A DNA stretch of 64,000 bases from assembly GCA_963693365.1 (NCBI GenBank), contig CAVNZM010000001.1:863554-927553 (forward strand). The letters are read 5' to 3'. Positions 60,131-64,000 of the stretch are shown in pieces. Under the pieces are notes generated by a model. It was given only the letters and a program-made list of their open reading frames with translations, was not told the DNA's origin and ran no database searches. How positions within the stretch are numbered: position 1 is the first letter of the stretch; each line of letters begins with the position of its first letter. Source of the stretch: Amoebidium appalachense. Lineage: Eukaryota > Protista > Ichthyosporea. The position numbers and the translations under genes are program-made.

Positions 60131-60144
60131 GGGGTTTGCTGATG
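60131..60144 (-). repeat. Right TIR
   Basis: GGGGTTTGCTGATG followed by TSD CT. Confidence 0.9.
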
Positions 60145-60399
60145 CTCATGTTTGTATAAGAATCTTGTGCATGCATGTGTGTGTCTGTGTACGAACACAC
60201 GCAGAAGAGGAGCATTTCGTGCATGCGCGCTAGTGTTTGTATAAGAATCTTGTGTGTGTGTGTGGCACACACACACACGCGAGTACGTGCGCGTTAACCG
60301 GTGCGCGCGCAACCTTCTTCCTTGCTCTTCTTTGTTGTCATCAGGCTCCAGTCTCCCCCCCCCCCCCCCCCCCACCTCTTTCCCCCCCCTCCCCCCCAA

Positions 60400-60430
<31 letters not shown>

Positions 60431-61442
60431 ACACACAAAACTCACAACCACTTCATCACCCAACACAACTCAGACAAAAAGACAAACAAAGAGAAGGAAA
60501 CCGAAGAATTACAACCATGGGAGTTATGGTGAGAGAGCCAGCACCATTCAGCGGCTTGCATGTTTCCTTCTAGTTACTCTATTTTTTCTGCCCATGGTGG
60601 GTTTGGAAGTATGACGGGGGTAAAGATGTGTGAAAAATGTGTGTGTGTGGAGAGAGGGGGGGGGGGGGGGGGGGTTCTCCTATCACACCTTTTGCTCTCT
60701 TCGTGAGTCCTTGGATCTGCTCCATTAGCTGTGTAGTAAGACATTGACTGCTCAGCAGGAAAATTGGGATGACGTTCAGCTGAAAACCAGCAGGTGTTGC
60801 ACCCTTGAATGGCCTTGTGGCCCAGGAACTGTGTGGTCTTCCGAAGGGCTGTGAGGATTGAGGGATGTTATCATATGCTCCTGCTGTATTTCACCTTCTA
60901 CTGGGACCCCGGGGGGGGGAGGGGGGGGGGGGGGGGGGGGAGGGGGGGGAGGATATATGGGTTAGGGGTGATAAAGGTGCAGCGGTACGGCATAGATGTA
61001 TGCATGACAGGGAAAGGGAGAAGGGTGAAAGGGGGGAGGGGGGGCAGAGTCACTAGGATATTTCCCCATCATGGGATGGAAAGGAGGAGATGACGGGGAA
61101 GGGCAGGGTGCAAGGGGGGGGGGGGGGGGGGGGGGGGGGTCTGTCCGTAGGGCATGTAAGGCAGGGTGTTGCAATACCTGGTAAGTCACACTGGACAGCC
61201 ATCAAGGCCGCTCGAACAGTTTCTTCTGACTTCGAGCAGTTGCCCATGGTGATGGTCATTTGTACTCCCTCATATAGCTCATTCAGCTCGTCAACAAGCA
61301 CGCGAAGGTAGGAGTTGAGCCACTTTGGTTCGGTGGGCCCAGGGGTGATACCCCACAGCATTGTGTACTTCTTCTTGACACGTTCACCCGGGTGCATGTT
61401 TAGCACAGACAGATAAATTGCACCCACTGTGTGTGTTGTGTG

Positions 61443-61597
<155 letters not shown>

Positions 61598-61761
61598 GGT
61601 GTGCGTGTGCGTGTGCACGCGCGAATGGGAGGGTAGGTGGGTGGGTGGGTACAGGGACGTGTGTTCGTTTGTGTGAAAGTGAGCACACGTGTTGGTATAC
61701 ATGTTGTGTTTACATATAGGAGGGAGGGAAAGAGTGGGAGAGGGGGGGGGGGGGGGAGGGG

Positions 61762-61879
<118 letters not shown>

Positions 61880-62091
61880 AAGAGGGAGTATGTGTGTGTG
61901 TGTAACGGAGAGAGAGTGAGAGAGGGGCACGGTGGGGGGAGGGGGGGGGGGGGGGGGGGTTAGGATGCGTTACATAGTACACAGTGATGGTACGATAATA
62001 ATAGGACACACAGTACATAGAAGATAGCACGAAGTAACAAACAGGCCGAAGCACGCATACACATAAAAAAAAAAAAAAAAAAAAGGTGGGG

Positions 62092-62129
<38 letters not shown>

Positions 62130-62215
62130 GTAGGAGAGAGAGAGAGAAAGAGAGGAGAGGAAGAGCGTGTATGTGTATGTGCATGTGGATGTGTATGTAT
62201 GTGTATGTGTATTTG

Positions 62216-62326
<111 letters not shown>

Positions 62327-62393
62327 CATATATGTGTGTGTGTGTGCGTGCGTGTGCGTGCATGTGCGCGTGCGTGTGCGTGTGCGCGCGCGC

Positions 62394-62457
<64 letters not shown>

Positions 62458-62467
62458 TGAGTGAGTG

Positions 62468-62545
<78 letters not shown>

Positions 62546-62686
62546 CATATATGTGTGTGTGTGTGCGTGCGTGTGCGTGCATGTGCGCGTGCGTGTGCGT
62601 GTGCGTGTGCGAGTGCGTGGGGGCGTGCGCGCGCGCGCGCGTGCAGGAGGGCTGGATGGCGAGAAGGCGCAGTGTGTATGTGTGTC

Positions 62687-62812
<126 letters not shown>

Positions 62813-63393
62813 CGTGCGTGCGTGTGTGTTGTGGAAAAGGGATGAGGCAACAGGTGCTCCCCTTCTTCCTCAATTTCTTCTTCAAACAATAAGGAAAGAT
62901 ACGGTATAACTCCAAAGGGCAACGATACGCCTTGCTCACTTCAGCCATGGTATGTGGTTGTAATGGTTCGACACCAAACAAAATCCGTGAGTGCTTACAC
63001 TGTATGAATTAATTTGAACTTACCCATTCGACCTTTTGCTTGCCCCTCACTTTGTACACTTTCTTCTGCATAAGAGGCTCCCCGCATTCAAGCCTCCTAC
63101 TTGGGTACTCTCTGCTGTTACACAACTTCGTGTTGACAACCTTGCCCTCGTGATACCTCAAACATTGCTCCGGCCTCCAGAGTTTGTGGCATCTCCTGCA
63201 CTCAACATACGTCTGATGGCGGGAAAATTTAGTTAGGTTCCGGGGTTGCAAAACGTCTATTGCAGATTCCAAGGAGAAAACAAGGCAAACACGTCATTTT
63301 GAGAGATCATCAAACTAAGTAGCACGTATCAGGGATGGTTTTTCTAGTTCCAACTGAGAATAAGATAGGAGAGCCTTTAATATGTGTGTAACA

Positions 63394-64000
63394 TGTTGTA
63401 ATACGTAGTTTTTACATATGGTAAGATCTTCTCAGTTTGTGTTATGTTTCAGTTCATATGCTTAGTGTATATGCCACACTCCTATCATGTAAAGTGTAGC
63501 ATCGATCTCCGATATGCTTGTATACTTGTAATCGTGTTGTATCGGCTTTAATCGTGTGTTGTAATATCGATTAGAATATTTATGTGTGTACACGGATCCA
63601 CCCACTCAGGGAGAGACGTGTACATGTTCGTGTGTACATAAATATCTCTGGTTATAGTTATGCTATTACTATCTTGTTTGTTGATCTGTGCTCTCTTTTC
63701 CTTCCTCTTTCTCCTTCCTTATTTTCTTTTCTTTCTCTCCTTGTCTTCATGTGTATAATCGTATTTCTTTTCTACTAATATATGTTAGGTAGATTTGTGT
63801 TACTTAATACGTGTTCATTGGACGGTAACACACTTAGGCTACACTTAGAATAGCATGTGTGTTTAGACTTCATTAATTCACTTTAGTTTTCATGTGTTGC
63901 CGGGCTTTAACCAATCATCAAGGTTAAGTGTGATATGTCTGAGTCTTTGCAGTATGTCATAGGTTAGAACTTCCTTGATGATGACACGAGTTGATCTTAA
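63394..64000 (+). mobile_element. Third copy of the Copia LTR, running off the right edge
   Basis: Starts TGTTGTAATACGTAG; near-identical to 355-1280 (reverse complement) and 11341-12265. Confidence 0.93.

Larger units (their letters stand above)
37212..60144 (+). mobile_element. 22.9-kb Plavaka-type DNA transposon with 14-bp TIRs, a 2-bp TSD (CT) and three genes
   Basis: CT|CATCAGCAAACCCC (37212) ... GGGGTTTGCTGATG|CT (60144). Joining the flanks recreates a copy of the neighbouring repeat at 60208-60254, and the flanking CACTA exons splice in frame across it. Confidence 0.9.

Overview
Eukaryotic, repeat-saturated window with no recognisable host gene; it is a nest of transposable elements whose genes are split by spliceosomal introns full of poly-C/poly-G and (GT)n tracts. 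All exon structures below were assembled by hand. Main reconstruction: (1) a degenerate EnSpm/CACTA (Transposase_21-like) transposase gene on the minus strand with exons scattered from ~63.3 kb to 21.1 kb. (2) Inside one of its introns sits a precisely bounded 22.9-kb DNA transposon (37212-60144; 14-bp TIR CATCAGCAAACCCC, 2-bp TSD CT) with three multi-exon genes: a 12-exon ~961-aa Plavaka-type transposase, a divergently transcribed 6-exon ~515-aa protein with an HMG-box/YABBY-like helix, and a 4-exon ~180-aa Cys/His zinc-finger-like protein. (3) A second, damaged Plavaka transposase (1347-7160) shares 8 intron positions with the first, and two further CATCAGCAA-type termini occur at 9585 and 10277. 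(4) Copia LTR retrotransposon pieces: a 5' LTR with PBS and gag start, a solo LTR with TSD, a third LTR and a pol fragment. (5) A full-length two-ORF APE-RT LINE nested in a truncated copy of itself, plus other truncated LINEs, all ending in GTAAACCCC rather than poly(A). (6) Several minisatellite arrays and a foldback structure. Family assignments come from motif recognition, not database searches.
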